From contig NIVC01001870.1 in assembly GCA_002269645.1 (NCBI GenBank), positions 111,798-175,797 on the forward strand: DNA of 64,000 nt. The letters are read 5' to 3'. This document shows positions 24,589 to 36,371 of the stretch, piece by piece. The notes under the pieces are model-generated. The model saw only the letters and a list, made by a program, of their open reading frames with translations, ran no database searches and had not been told where the DNA came from. Positions within the stretch are counted from its first letter, which is position 1, and each line of letters opens with the position of its first letter. This stretch comes from Macrostomum lignano (Eukaryota). A program made the translations under genes and the position numbers.

Positions 24589-25310
24589 CTACGCCTGGAG
24601 ACAACGGCTAGCCTGGCTCAGCGAGTAGCTCCACCGCCAGCAGCGAGACATGTACGGGTTCTCGAGGATGACGACAGTCAGACGCCCACTGCGGTGCAAC
24701 ACGACGCCAAGTCATCTCGGCCCGAGGAGAACTGGTTGCGGGAAGTGATGGAGCAACAAACGGAAACTCTGCAAGAGCAGCGACGAATTCTGGAAACATT
24801 AAGCAACGAAATGCGAGAGTTCTACTCGCGGGGATCGCGCGACAATGACACCCCGGAGCCATGGGAACCAGCTCGCCATCAGCCGCGGGACTCGTGGGGC
24901 CAACGCTCCAGATGTTTGGTACCTCCGACTCCTCGCCGCAGCGCCGATGGAAGCGCCCTATTTACGACACCCGGCACATGCCATGTGCAGCATCAACCGT
25001 TCCATCGACTTCAGCAACCACGAGATGGCAGCAACCCGCCGCCAAGGACACCGCCAGCAGGAGGTCAACGTTGACAACATCAGCAGCCGCAGCAGTTGCA
25101 GCAGCAGAAGAGTTTGCGCCCGCCGCCCTATCAGCTGCGGCGGCAGAGCGCCATGTGCTACAGGTGCAATCGTGAGCATTGCAGCAAAGAGTGCCCGCAT
25201 TGACGGTCGGCCAGCACCGTGCCCCAGCAAAACGGCAGCTCGGGAAATGGGACGGCTGGACGCGCCATCGGGGGCAGCGCCATCCAGCAGCTGAGCCAGC
25301 ACTAAAGTCC
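24589..25310 (+). pseudogene. gag: Gag C-terminal remnant with zinc knuckle
   Basis: CYRCNREHCSKEC (Cx2Cx3Hx4C) at 25156-25194, followed by an in-frame TGA at 25201. Confidence 0.7.
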
Positions 25311-25394
25311 CCGCCGAGGACTTTAGTCGCTCAGCAGGCCACTGCTGAGACCGCCTCTGCGCCTGTACAGAACTCTGCACCCAAGCGACCTTGA

Positions 25395-28300
25395 AGGGAT
25401 CCATTTCTGACTGGTGAGATTCAAGGCCGCTATTTTGCTTTTCTACTTGACACCGGCTCCAAGTGCGAAGTCTTAGGATTCAGCACCTGGCACCGTCTAT
25501 GTACTGATGACCCAACCCTGCGTGGCCAAATTGAGCCCTGCCAACAATGCATTGTGACCTACAATGGCGAACCAATCCAGATGGCAGGCCAACTAACTAT
25601 GAAAGTTAAAATCGGAAGTTTTGAGCTGACAGTTAAGTTTCTGCTAGCAAAGGGATCACATGACAACATCCTAGGCTTCGAGTTTCTAGAGAAGTACAGC
25701 ACCTCACTAGATCTCGCCGCCGGGATGCTGTTCTTCAAGGACGGCACTGCCGCACTGCTTCGCTACACGCGAACTGAAGCTACCACGTGCAGAATTTATA
25801 CAGCCGAGAGCACTACTGTGCCACCATTATCTTCAGCACGAATCAAAATCAAATTAGCAAAAGGACGCGAAGAAAACCAAGGGACACTAGCTGTGATCAA
25901 GCCGCTGAAACTGGCTCGGCGCGAAGACGATGTACAGCACCTGGACGCCGCGCCTGCCCTGATATCAATGGCGAATGGAGAAGGCGCAATTGAGATGATC
26001 AATCGAGGCACTACAGCCATCAAAGTGCGAGCGAACGCCCTAGTCGGGATTGCGAGACCAATCAGACTGCCCGAGTTACATTTCTTTCCACTGCCGAAGC
26101 CAGAAGACTTTGTAAACCAAATCCAAGACGAAGATCCTGATGCTTAGATCAAGGAGATCGACATCGGCGAGGATTTGACCAGTGACTAGCGCGCTCAAGT
26201 CATCGAGCTGCTAATGAAGTACAAGAACATCTTTTCCCAGGGGCCACACGATCTCGGCCGAACTCACCTGGTCACCCATAACATCGTACTAAGGGACAAG
26301 GATCCGGTACACCTGCCGATGCGAAGGATTCCGCCACATCTGTTACCGAAGGTGGATCAGCTGCTAGACGATCTTCTTGCCAAAGGTGTGATCAGACCAA
26401 GCTTTTCTAGCTACAACACCCCGCTGGTGATCATCCCGAAGAAGGACGGCAGCCTGAGGATTGTACAAGACTTTCGGAGTTTGAATCAGAAATGTGAGTA
26501 CTTTCCATACCCGATTCCTAATATTCAAGAAGCGTTCGCCAGCCTCAAAGGAAGCCAGCTGTTTAGTACATTCGATTTAAATAGCGGCTACTATCAGATT
26601 CCTCTGCGTCCAGAAGATCAAGATCTGACTGCATTCGCTACGCTGCACCGCGGACAATTCGCCTATAATGTTATGCCTATGGGACTCAGCTCAGCTCCAG
26701 CCAGCTTCATGAGACTTATGAATGCTGTGCTCAACGGGATAGCCTACAAAAGTGCAATTGCCTATTTAGATGATGTCATCGTCTACTCCAAGAAGTTCAA
26801 CGACCATCTTCAACATATGGAAGAAGTTTTCAAACGAGTGCAAGACGCCAACTTAAAGTTCAAAGGCAAGAAGTGCCATTTATTTCGGGAAAGTCTAAAT
26901 TATTTGGGATACCTAGTAACTAAGGACGGCATCAAGACCGATCCGGCGAAAATTGAAGCAATCCAAACCTGGCCAAGACCAAGAACAGCCCGGCAACTTA
27001 AAAGCTTTGTTTGCACGTGCGCTTATTATGCTAAATTTGTACCCGGCTACGCAGAACTTGCAGCTCCGCTCCATGATTTGATCAAAGAAAAGAAAATTCG
27101 GAATTTCAATTGTCTATGGGGAAAAGCCCAGCAAGACGCGTTCGACCAGCTCAAGGCAGCTATGACTTCGACATCAGTGCTCGCATTTCCGCAGTTCAGC
27201 GAGGATCCTGAAGTAATGTTTATCTTGGACACGGATGCTTTTGCGACCAGGATCGGAGCCTGCCTGAGCCAACGCCAAGCTGATGGAATCAAGCGCCCAA
27301 TTGGCTATTTCTCCCGGCGACTCAAGCCAGCCGAAGCCCGCTATCCGATTACGAAGCAGGAACTATTGGCAGTCGTAGACGGAATGCAACACTTCCGCTT
27401 CTACCTGCTGGCCAAAAAGTTCATCTGCCGAACCGACCATGCCGCACTAACCTGGATCCTGAGACGAACTCAACAGGTTGGAATTTTTTGGAAGATGGCT
27501 ACAACGCCTAAGCGAATTCGAGTTCGAGATCCAGCACCGAAAGTCGAGTTAGCATCAAAACGCTGACGGCCTCTCGAGACGGCCTGAGGACGACACTGAA
27601 TGCATGGAGGAGGCTCAGCGCGAGGCAGCCGCAGTCGAGGACCAAAGTAAGCAGCCAGCCGCGATAACTGGCATAGCGGCGCCGAAGGTCCACGACAGCA
27701 GCCACCCTAGTCCTCCACCAAGCAAGAAGCGACCGACCCGCCGTCACCGACAAAAGCCGCCGACGAAATCAACTGAGTCCAACGGCGAGACTACGCCGCC
27801 CGCAACACCGACAGCCGACAGCAAGCCGCTGACAGAGCTGCATCCGCCAGCGACGAAGTCGAGGCCATCTGCCAGTCGTTACCGGGACTCACAGAGGTCG
27901 CCTACCAGCTTTAGCAGTTCGACATGTTGCCCCATTAGGAGCCACCGACTACTAGCTGAAGGTGACGAGGACAGCGACCACAGTGCAGCCAGAGATGACC
28001 GCTGCCAACCCGCTTGCTGCCCTAAGTTCAAGAAGGTGAGATTCAGCAGCGATGCCAACAGCTCCGCTGACTCATCATTATCTGCTGATGATTCAAATTT
28101 CAATAACAATGACGCCAAAGCCACCGACACGGATCGGCCTTCAAAGACAGCAATGGCCCGGCCACCAGTCCAAGTAGCGACCATGCGTAGGGAGCTCCCG
28201 ACCCCGAACCATGCCGCCACAGCCGATGCCGCGCCAGCAAATCCTACTGACAGACGCCGTACTCTGAATCTAACAGATCACATCCCGAGGCCAGTCACTC

Positions 28301-29607
28301 GCGAGGAGCTCCAGACCCATCAGCGTGCTGACTCCGCCATCACCATGGTGATCAATCTATTGGAAACCCGACAACCGAAACCGCCGATGAACCAACGTCT
28401 GAACATGACGAGAAATGAACGGAACCTGTTAGCGTTTTACGAACAATTAGAAGTCCGAGACGATGGACTATTAGTTATACATCTCGACGATGTCGGAGAA
28501 GAGTACGAAGCGCGAATCGTCTTGCCAAAGAGTCTCGATGCCACCGTGTTCGCTGACCTGCATGGTTCGCCCTACTGCGGACACATGGGCTGAGACCTTA
28601 CCATCGCTAAGGTGCGCGAGCGTTTCTGGCGACCTGTCCTGGCCAAGGCAGTGTCCAACTATGTCGCTTCCTGCCAGACCTGCACTTTAAGCAAAGGACG
28701 GCGGAGAATTCCGGCGCATGTACAGTCGTTCCCGGTCTGCAAAATCTATGGGCGATGCGCTATTGACATCTTGGGCCCCACTGGAGATCCGACAGATCGA
28801 GGCAATAAGTACATCCTCACCTATGTCGACACGACGTCGAAGTACCCATTCGCTTTTGCCATGAAGAACCAGCGCGCTAAGACGATAATCACGCTCCTGC
28901 AAGAGCAAGTCTTTCCGATCACCGAAATTCCCGCTTGGATTCACTCGGATCAAGGCAAGCAATTTACAGGGCATGAGTTCCGACACTTCTGCAAAGTCTA
29001 CGGTATCAGGCAGACAACGACGCCACCATACTCGCCCTGGGCGAACGGACAAGCCGAATCGTGCAATAAGAATATTAAGAAAGTGCTCACCTGTCTCCTT
29101 GAAGACCACCAACAGTGGGACAAAATGTTGCCAGCTGCTTTGACTGCACTAAGATCCGCCGTCAACCGTACCACCGGGTTCTCGCCGCACTATGTAGTCT
29201 ACGGAGTGCCTTATCGATACCCTATCGACAACACCCTAGACCGCCTAGACATATCAGCTGACCTCCCGGAGTACATCGCTAAACATCAGCACAGACTAGC
29301 CGAGACTGAGCGCATTGTTTGCCAGCAACTGAGAGCAGAGATCCAACGCTGAGAAGAGTACTATGAAAACCGGCTGAAGCCAGTAGAACTGCAGCCCGGA
29401 GATTTGGTCTGCCTGGCCAACCCGAAGCTCGAGTTGGGAGAGCTGCCAAAATTCCACCGGCCGTATAAGAGCATGTATAAGATTGTTAAGAAAGTCGGCG
29501 AAGTCGCTTATTGGATTAAACCTGCCACAGCACGACGAGGACGCCCAGCCGAAGTACTCGTACACCGGAACAATATTATCAAAGTGCCGCAATCAATGGC
29601 TGAATGA
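25395..29607 (+). pseudogene. pol: Gypsy pol (protease, RT, RNase H, integrase, GPY/F-like tail)
   Basis: LLDTGS (GAC at 25449), YLDD, ILDTDA...ELLAVV, GHMG*...CQTC, AIDILGP/HSDQG/GQAES. Stops at about 26145, 26187, 28591 and 29350, and a frameshift near 27490. Confidence 0.93.
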
Positions 29608-29984
29608 CCACAGGAGCCACCGCAACTGACTGAGCGGCTGATGTTGCCCTGCGAGTCGAGCGAGGAAAGCGAAACGGATTCAATTAATCAGCCCGCACTA
29701 GAGCCGCAGGCCGCAGCTCAGCCTGATCTTCAAGGCAGCCAATTATTTGAACCCAGCCTGCGCCATCCTGAAGTGCTAGAAGAAGACGACCCGGACCTGC
29801 CAGACATCGGAATGGAGGTCGAAATTCAAGGTAATTAACCGCGAAATTTATATATGTGCGCTTTCCGCGAATTTTACTTGCGCATTACTGCCAGTAGCCA
29901 CGTTTGCGAATGTGTTTATTTCCCTGCTGCTGTAAAACCTTCTCTGCACCTGCTAATGTGCTGAAGGTTAGTGTTTTTCTAATT

Positions 29985-30315
29985 TGACCTTATGCCTGAG
30001 GGATAAAGGCAGCTTTTCTTTGTAATTTTACCTTATGCCTGAGGGATAAAGGCAGTTTTTCTTTGTAATTTTACCTTATGCCTGAGGGATAAAGGCAGTT
30101 TTTCTTTGTAATTTTACCTTATGCCTGAGGGATAAAGGCAGTTTCTCTGTAATTTTACCTTATGCCTGAGGGATAAAGGCAGTTTCTCTGTAATTTTACC
30201 TTATGCCTGAGGGATAAAGGCAGTTGCTCTGTAATTTTACCTTATGCCTGAGGGATAAAGGCAGTTTCTCTGTAATTTTACCTTATGCCTGAGGGATAAA
30301 GGCAGTTTATCTAAT
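29985..30315 (+). repeat. Tandem repeat, 41-43 bp x 8, in the Gypsy 3' region
   Basis: ttaccttatgcctgagggataaaggcagttt(tt)ct(t/c)tgtaatt. Confidence 0.95.
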
Positions 30316-31392
30316 TTGTCCTAAAGCTTTCCAGTTAAAAGCAGCATCTATCTATTTCTACGTGCTTATGCTTATGCGATGCGTTACAATAAGCTGCACC
30401 CTCGCGTTTCCTATTTAGCCTTAGGCTTTCTGGTAAAAGCCTGCACAAGTGCGTTATTTATCCCCATGCGATACAATATTTTGGCGTGAATTTTCCCGTG
30501 TGATCTGCGAAATTTTGCTGTAATTTTCTGTTCATGCCCAAAGTGCTGAAAGTGGTACGAGCATGCTCTTTTCTGTAATATATATTCGCATGCTAAATTT
30601 TCGTTATTTTGTAAACCTTCTCAGCTCCTTGATTAAAGCTGAAGGTAATTTTGTTCAACCCGCCATTTTGACTGCCCTGCCGCACCCGGGTCAGGCCCAC
30701 TTGTTCGAGGCTCTGTTCCCAGTGGGGGCATCTAAGGTGACTCGAGGCTCCAGATCTCTGTTCAGATTGAGTCAAGCCTGGGAAAATTCTCCCAGTGTCT
30801 TTTTCCTTTTGTTTGTATAGCTTCTCATGGAGATCTACCTACTATTTCGGTTAAACTATTATTCAGCTACTTTCCTTTTATTAAAGCTGGTTAAGAACCT
30901 CAGTTTGTTACTAATGGTCAGTCAGTTGTCTAAATTTCTAACTTGTATTTGCAAACTCTGATGCGCCGCCCCTGTGCTACCCCCCCATTCGTGTGAGCCC
31001 ATTTGGGGCCTTCTCGTTTTCAATTCCTCTGGCATCCAGCCTAAACCCTAAACAGGCGGCACCGCAACCCCTCTCTAGAAGTTATCATTTTATTGCCCCT
31101 TAATTTTCTCCCCCCCAATCTCCAAGCCACTTGGCAATGCGCGGTGGAAGGTGTGTGTGTATTTTTTCATTGACCATTTTCTGGCCCCCTTTGTTCATTA
31201 TCTGGCCTAATCATAGAAGTATATAAGCGATAAAATTTTCTCTGCGCTAAATTTCTCCGAATTGGATTTTGACTAGCAAATCATCAGGCCATTGGTCTCC
31301 TATTAAGAAAATTTATCGCCAGCTCAAGTCGCCACTTCAATTGACTACGGACTAATCACCTAGAGCAACTGCCAACAACAAGTCAAGCCGAG

Positions 31393-32052
31393 ATGTTTAA
31401 TGAGCACCAGCCGCCAGCAGTGAATAACGGCTCCGCCCAAGTCAACCTCGAGGCTCTGGCAGCTCCGACCGCCGCCTATTGGCTCCGCCCCGGCGAGGCC
31501 GAGACGCTCCGGGCCTACGTGGCCACTGCCACTGGGACCGCCCCGGCGAGGACCCGGCTCAAAGACGAGCTCGAGAATGAATTACATCAGGTGGCCCGGC
31601 GGGGGAGACTAAGAATTGACCGGCCCTGGCGCCTGTTATGCCGAATGATGGAGCCGGAGAACGTCCGAGACATTGTGGAGGAGATTCTCTGGAAGGCTGA
31701 AGACTGTCTACGACAGCGACGAGGCCACCCCCGCCCGGCGATGGCTCTTTTTGTCGCCATCGCCTTCGGGGAGGCCGGCCTCCTGAGTGGCGGGTGGACG
31801 CCTCGGCTCTGCGCCTTCTGGGACGCGGCAGTCGAGAAGCGTCCCGAGAGACTACACTACCAGGATGGCCGGATCTATGTCATCAATCAGGACTACGACG
31901 ACGGTGAGAGTGGGGACAGCGGCGAAGAACAGCCGAACGTGGCCAGCGGCCATGGGGACTTGTCTGGCGCCAGACGCGGCGCCACCCGCGGCGCGGCCCG
32001 CGGTACTCGCCAAGCCAACCGTGGCGGCCGGGCCACCACCAACCGCGGCTGA
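31393..32052 (+). CDS. Intact 219-aa extra ORF of unknown function between pol and the LTR
   Basis: ATG-to-stop, GC-rich coding-like composition, predicted helical body, acidic patch and Arg/Gly-rich tail (RRGATRGAARG...RGGR). Confidence 0.6.
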   Translation: MFNEHQPPAVNNGSAQVNLEALAAPTAAYWLRPGEAETLRAYVATATGTAPARTRLKDELENELHQVARRGRLRIDRPWRLLCRMMEPENVRDIVEEILWKAEDCLRQRRGHPRPAMALFVAIAFGEAGLLSGGWTPRLCAFWDAAVEKRPERLHYQDGRIYVINQDYDDGESGDSGEEQPNVASGHGDLSGARRGATRGAARGTRQANRGGRATTNRG

Positions 32053-32118
32053 CACCCATAGCGCGGGAGCGCTTCGGTTTCGTCCAGTCGCCCACGGCCC
32101 GCCGGCGCATGTGGTAGT

Positions 32119-33294
32119 TGGGTACCACCGATTGATTATTGGCTCTTATGGTTTCTTAATAACATTACAGTTTTTGGACAATAAAATTATGCGTACCCTA
32201 TTCTGGTCCCCGTTAGTCCACTCCCTGGCGCAAGTCATGACGTATTTCTGCCCTCTTCCTGTTCCCCTTTGCCCCATTTTCTGGCGCTATATGACCAAAT
32301 TGTGTTTTCCTTTTGTTTTACTATGTATTTCTGCGGTAATTTTGTTGAATCCCCTTTTTGGCCTTTTGAGTTTTTGCCCTTCCCAAGTTTCTGGGCCTCG
32401 CAAGCCTTTTTGTGACCTGTTTCCTGTGTATTTATTCCCGCCCCTTGCGCCTGTCCTCCCCTCAGTTTTTTTTCCTCCTCTCTCCCTCTCTTTTGCTCTC
32501 TTCCCCTTTCTTCTACTCTTTCCAACATGCCCCTTAACTTAATAACGTTTAGTTAACGTAGTAGTCTAATACTTGAAGGAAAGAAAACCTAACTTAGTTT
32601 TATTTAAGTAAGCCCGCACTGCGGCACCCCTGATTCATCTGTCGTCGGTGGTCTCTTATTTTACGCGCGTGAGGCCTAGTTTAATATTTTAGTTTTTTTT
32701 GTACCAACTCGATAAGCAATAAACTCGCATTAATTTGCTGCAATCCGTTCTTCGATAAAAGCCATAGCTTAACTTAATTCATTTGCCCGTGGGGCGTAAA
32801 ATAACCCAGTCTCACCTCGAAGCAAGCTCTGAGACTTTTCCAACGTTCCGTAATACGCAAATTACGGTGGTGGCAGCGCTACTCTACTGTTAGTAACACA
32901 ATAAGAATACGAGACACATTCAATTTACGGTGTCTGAGGACCCGCCATCTGAATGCTCGCGCCAAATGAAGGCCGCTCGCCTACGACCAAAACTACCCTC
33001 CCCCCGGGATTGAGGACCCCGGCAGACGGAGTATCTACGAGTTGTTTACATCGGGATCTGTTCACGCAAACTTTCCGGATTTAATTCGTGCGAAATAACA
33101 ACGGCGCCCAATCGAAGGCCTGAGCCGCTCAAATTCGACATTAGATCAAGTGAACACCGGACAATCCCGACCACCCCCAAGTCAAAATTGCCCCCACCTC
33201 AATTGATAAACTCATAATTTATTAATAGGATAATCCTGGTGGCAGCTACCAACATTGAGACATTTATAGAGACAGAAGAATAACCTCTGTAACA
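32119..33294 (+). repeat. Full-length LTR copy (TG...CA); 3' end inferred
   Basis: Starts TG at 32119 and ends ...GTAACA at 33294, 4 nt before a tRNA-Leu PBS-like motif. No clear polypurine tract upstream. Confidence 0.6.
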
Positions 33295-33426
33295 ACTTTG
33301 ATGTCAGAAGTGGGATCTAATATCGTACAGGAAAACCCCCTACCACAACTTTGGTGACTCAGCGGTGGGATATTATTAAGAAGTAAGTCTCCCCTGGGAC
33401 AACTTTGGTGGCATAACGGTAGAATT
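33238..33426 (+). promoter_or_regulatory. Array of tRNA-Leu PBS-like motifs
   Basis: TGGTGGCAGC (33238), TGATGTCAGAAGTGGGAT (33299), TGGTGACTCAGCGGTGGGAT (33352), TGGTGGCATAACGGTAGAAT (33406). The last three are each preceded by ACAACTT. Confidence 0.55.
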
Positions 33427-34799
33427 CTCATGGGGAATCAAAAAGCCTATTACAAACAGGCTTTGCTGCTTTTACTTAAGCAAATTGCAAATTGCTCAAA
33501 AAATACTAGGGGCCTAGCACATTTTTGTTTTCAATTCAATATCTTTTGCTAATCTTGCATGTGGTACATAATGTAGATAAGGCCCCTGATGTGCAACTTG
33601 CAGTGCACATGAGATTTCCAAATAATCTTAGTATGTAGCATGCAGGGTCAAAAAGTTTTGTGGCATGGCATGCATGGAACATATTCAACATATATAAACT
33701 GGTTTAAGTACCTTTTAGTTTTTGAAACAAAGATAGTACATTTCAAAGAAAAAGGTAGGCCCTAGTCATTCAAAGGTGAAAAGAGTGCAAATGAAAAATG
33801 AAAATATGAATTGAATATGTTATTGTAGTTAGTGCTTTTTTAAAGAATTTAGGTATTAGAACCTAGGTTTTTTGTGCATAGTGTGCATTTTAAAATTCAC
33901 CCAAAAATTGAATTGAAATTGAAACTGCAATCTCATATTATATCATATATATGTTATGAGAAAGTTAGAAACATAACCTATTTTCCTTTAAAGCCTCATT
34001 TTCACCAGGCTCTAGATTGTGTAATAGTGTACGCTGGAACAAGAATCCTATCTCAGCTAAATGTATGCCAGTATACGCCAAAAATGTAAAATTTCAATAA
34101 ATTGTATGCTAAACTTTTTTCCTAAAATAGTTCTTTGGTTTTCACTAGGCCTAGTTCAGTTTTGAGGCTTTTCATATTCCCAATTTCGTTTTTAGAACCG
34201 GTTTGATACTTTTCATTTTGCCGATTCCATTTTCAGAATCGGTTCCGGAACCTTACACCGGTTCTGAAATTGGGTTCGACAAAATTTCTCGATTCTTTTC
34301 CCCTTTTTTTGGAAACAATGAAAAATATTTAAAGTCAATTTAACTCCAAATATAACTTAAAGGGTAAAAAAATAAGTAACTTAGAAAAAAATAAAATTAT
34401 TAAAAATGATAAGCAATTTTTGACAAAAAATAAAATCTACTCGATGCTTTTCATTTTACTAGCGAATCTGGTTCTGGAGTAGACTTAGTAAAAAGGCTAT
34501 TTCTAATTCTGATAAAAGGTTTCGTAAAAATCTTCTTAAAAGAGTACAAATATTTCAATTTTAAACAAAAATAAATCAAATTTAAAAATATATATCTAAT
34601 TTTTGTTTTTCGCGATAGTTTTTACTAGTTTCATTTACTATTAGGTTCAAGGTTTATTATAGACTTTCAAGAGTATACAAATTTTCTTTATTTTATGTAA
34701 ACGTTTATTTAGATTAAATTTTTCATGCATGGCATGAATTTGTTCATTAAAATTTGTAAAAAATAGCATAAATTTTTATGCTGAAATTTGCATACTGTG

Positions 34800-35060
34800 G
34801 CGGTGCACAGCCGGGATCGAGAACTTAGGGCATTCGCACGCAGGCCCCAGCACGCCTGGCTTGTAGGGTGACTCCACCCAGCCAGCCAGCTTGGATGTGT
34901 CTGGGGAAAATGATTCACGCTTCTGTGTGCGCACCTCCGTATGCCCGATTTCCCATTACAATGCAACGGTATATAAGAACTGTCTGACCAATAAACAGTA
35001 CCCTTCTCTCGCACCGTTCTCTTGCAAGCCTCTAAAATACTGGTTTCAACTTTGAAGGGG
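34800..35060 (-). pseudogene. Merlin/ISXO2-like transposase fragment
   Basis: REKGTVYWSD...AHRSVNH...LAGWSH resembles the PGTTIWSD...HRTVNH...EGMWSH motifs of ISXO2/Merlin. Confidence 0.4.
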
Positions 35061-36371
35061 GTCATTTGTACACTGGAATTTTCCGGCGTACATGTATACA
35101 TGTAGTATGGCTGGCCGACCTCGAGCGCCGCAATCTATCGTTCCTTGCAATCGAAGTCGTCAACAGCATCGTGCTGTGCGACCTTCTTTGTGAACCATCG
35201 TGGATTTGGTTGTTGTGTGACGTTGCTAGTTTAAGTGGTCCCGCAAAAGGGCCGTTGGACTATAGTTTCCCTCGCAATTTCTCATATTAATTTCTCCAAT
35301 AGTTTATTTTAACGTTTACTTGTAGTAGCGTGCAAATAATCTGTATCAACTGCTAATTCACTGTGTATTTGGTAGGCCTTGCGCTGATCGCCTGGGAATT
35401 TTGGCACGATCGATAATTTCAAGTTCTCTCGCCAGCCAATGAAAAATCTCCGCGTGTATATTGCTAGCCCTCGACTGCGCTCTTTATCAACCCCCCGCCT
35501 GGCGGCGGGCTCCTCACTTCTCCTGCCTTCTGTCTCGAGCCTCCTTATCTCTCGCCACGGCTCCTCTGTCTGGGCCAGCCTGTTTACACTGCCTGCCACT
35601 GTCTGCCACGGCTAACGCCAATCTCACCACTACGCATCTGCCTCTGCTGTGCTCATCGCCGTTACTCACCACGTTGCATCGCCTTGCATCACTCGCCTGC
35701 CACTCGACTGCAATTTCTAACTCACCTTCAATTCAAAACCATTGTTGCAGCCGCCAGTGTCCCAAAGCACCATATTTTTTAAGTTCTGTATTGACATTAA
35801 CCAATTTGAATATTGATCTCAACAATAAATCAACTACGGCAGTTCCCTTCCTTGTACGCCAAGTGCTCCGCTACACAATCCGCTTCTCAAGACTTGACTC
35901 GATTCATTTTAGGACTACGACTTACGACAACTCTCGTAAAACGGCCCTTCTAAGGGTCATAGCCTCTACGCCAATAACGTGACAGTTGCGCTGGTGCCTG
36001 ATGTCGACGATAAGCCATGCGATGGATGGCGAAGCACCACCTGCTCGCTAATAGCAGGACTTGTGAGACGTGTGACATTGCTATGTCACTCCAGCGCCGC
36101 GTGCCGGCATGGACTCTGTTGGATTTGTCGGACTTCTGGATTTCGTTTTCGTCGCTTTAATTTTGGGACTCTGCAAGAGTGGGAAACCAAAAGATCGCTC
36201 GCGACCGCTTCAGAAAATCGTTTTCCTTGATCAGTTTGATTTACTGGCATATAGTTGTGTTTTAATTTTAACAAAATAAAGTAAGGCCTTTATTTTAAAA
36301 AAATTAATTTATTAACAATTAACAGCCTATTGGCTGCGTACATAAAAAAGTTAATCTAGAGTAGTCTCGAG

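Larger units (their letters stand above)
23614..33294 (+). mobile_element. Ty3/Gypsy LTR retrotransposon, decayed and internally deleted at the 5' LTR/gag junction
   Basis: Direct repeats starting TGGGTACC at 23614 and 32119 (about 98% identical over about 670 bp) bracket gag C-terminus, PR-RT-RH-INT and a long 3' region. The first repeat breaks at 24588 directly into gag. Confidence 0.85.

Noticed and set aside
31393-32052. env gene
   Set aside because: No signal peptide, furin site plus fusion peptide, or transmembrane anchor is visible.
33238-33426. CRISPR-like reading of the PBS array or of the minisatellites
   Set aside because: Eukaryotic context, no cas genes, repeats not identical, and the minisatellites have no unique spacers.
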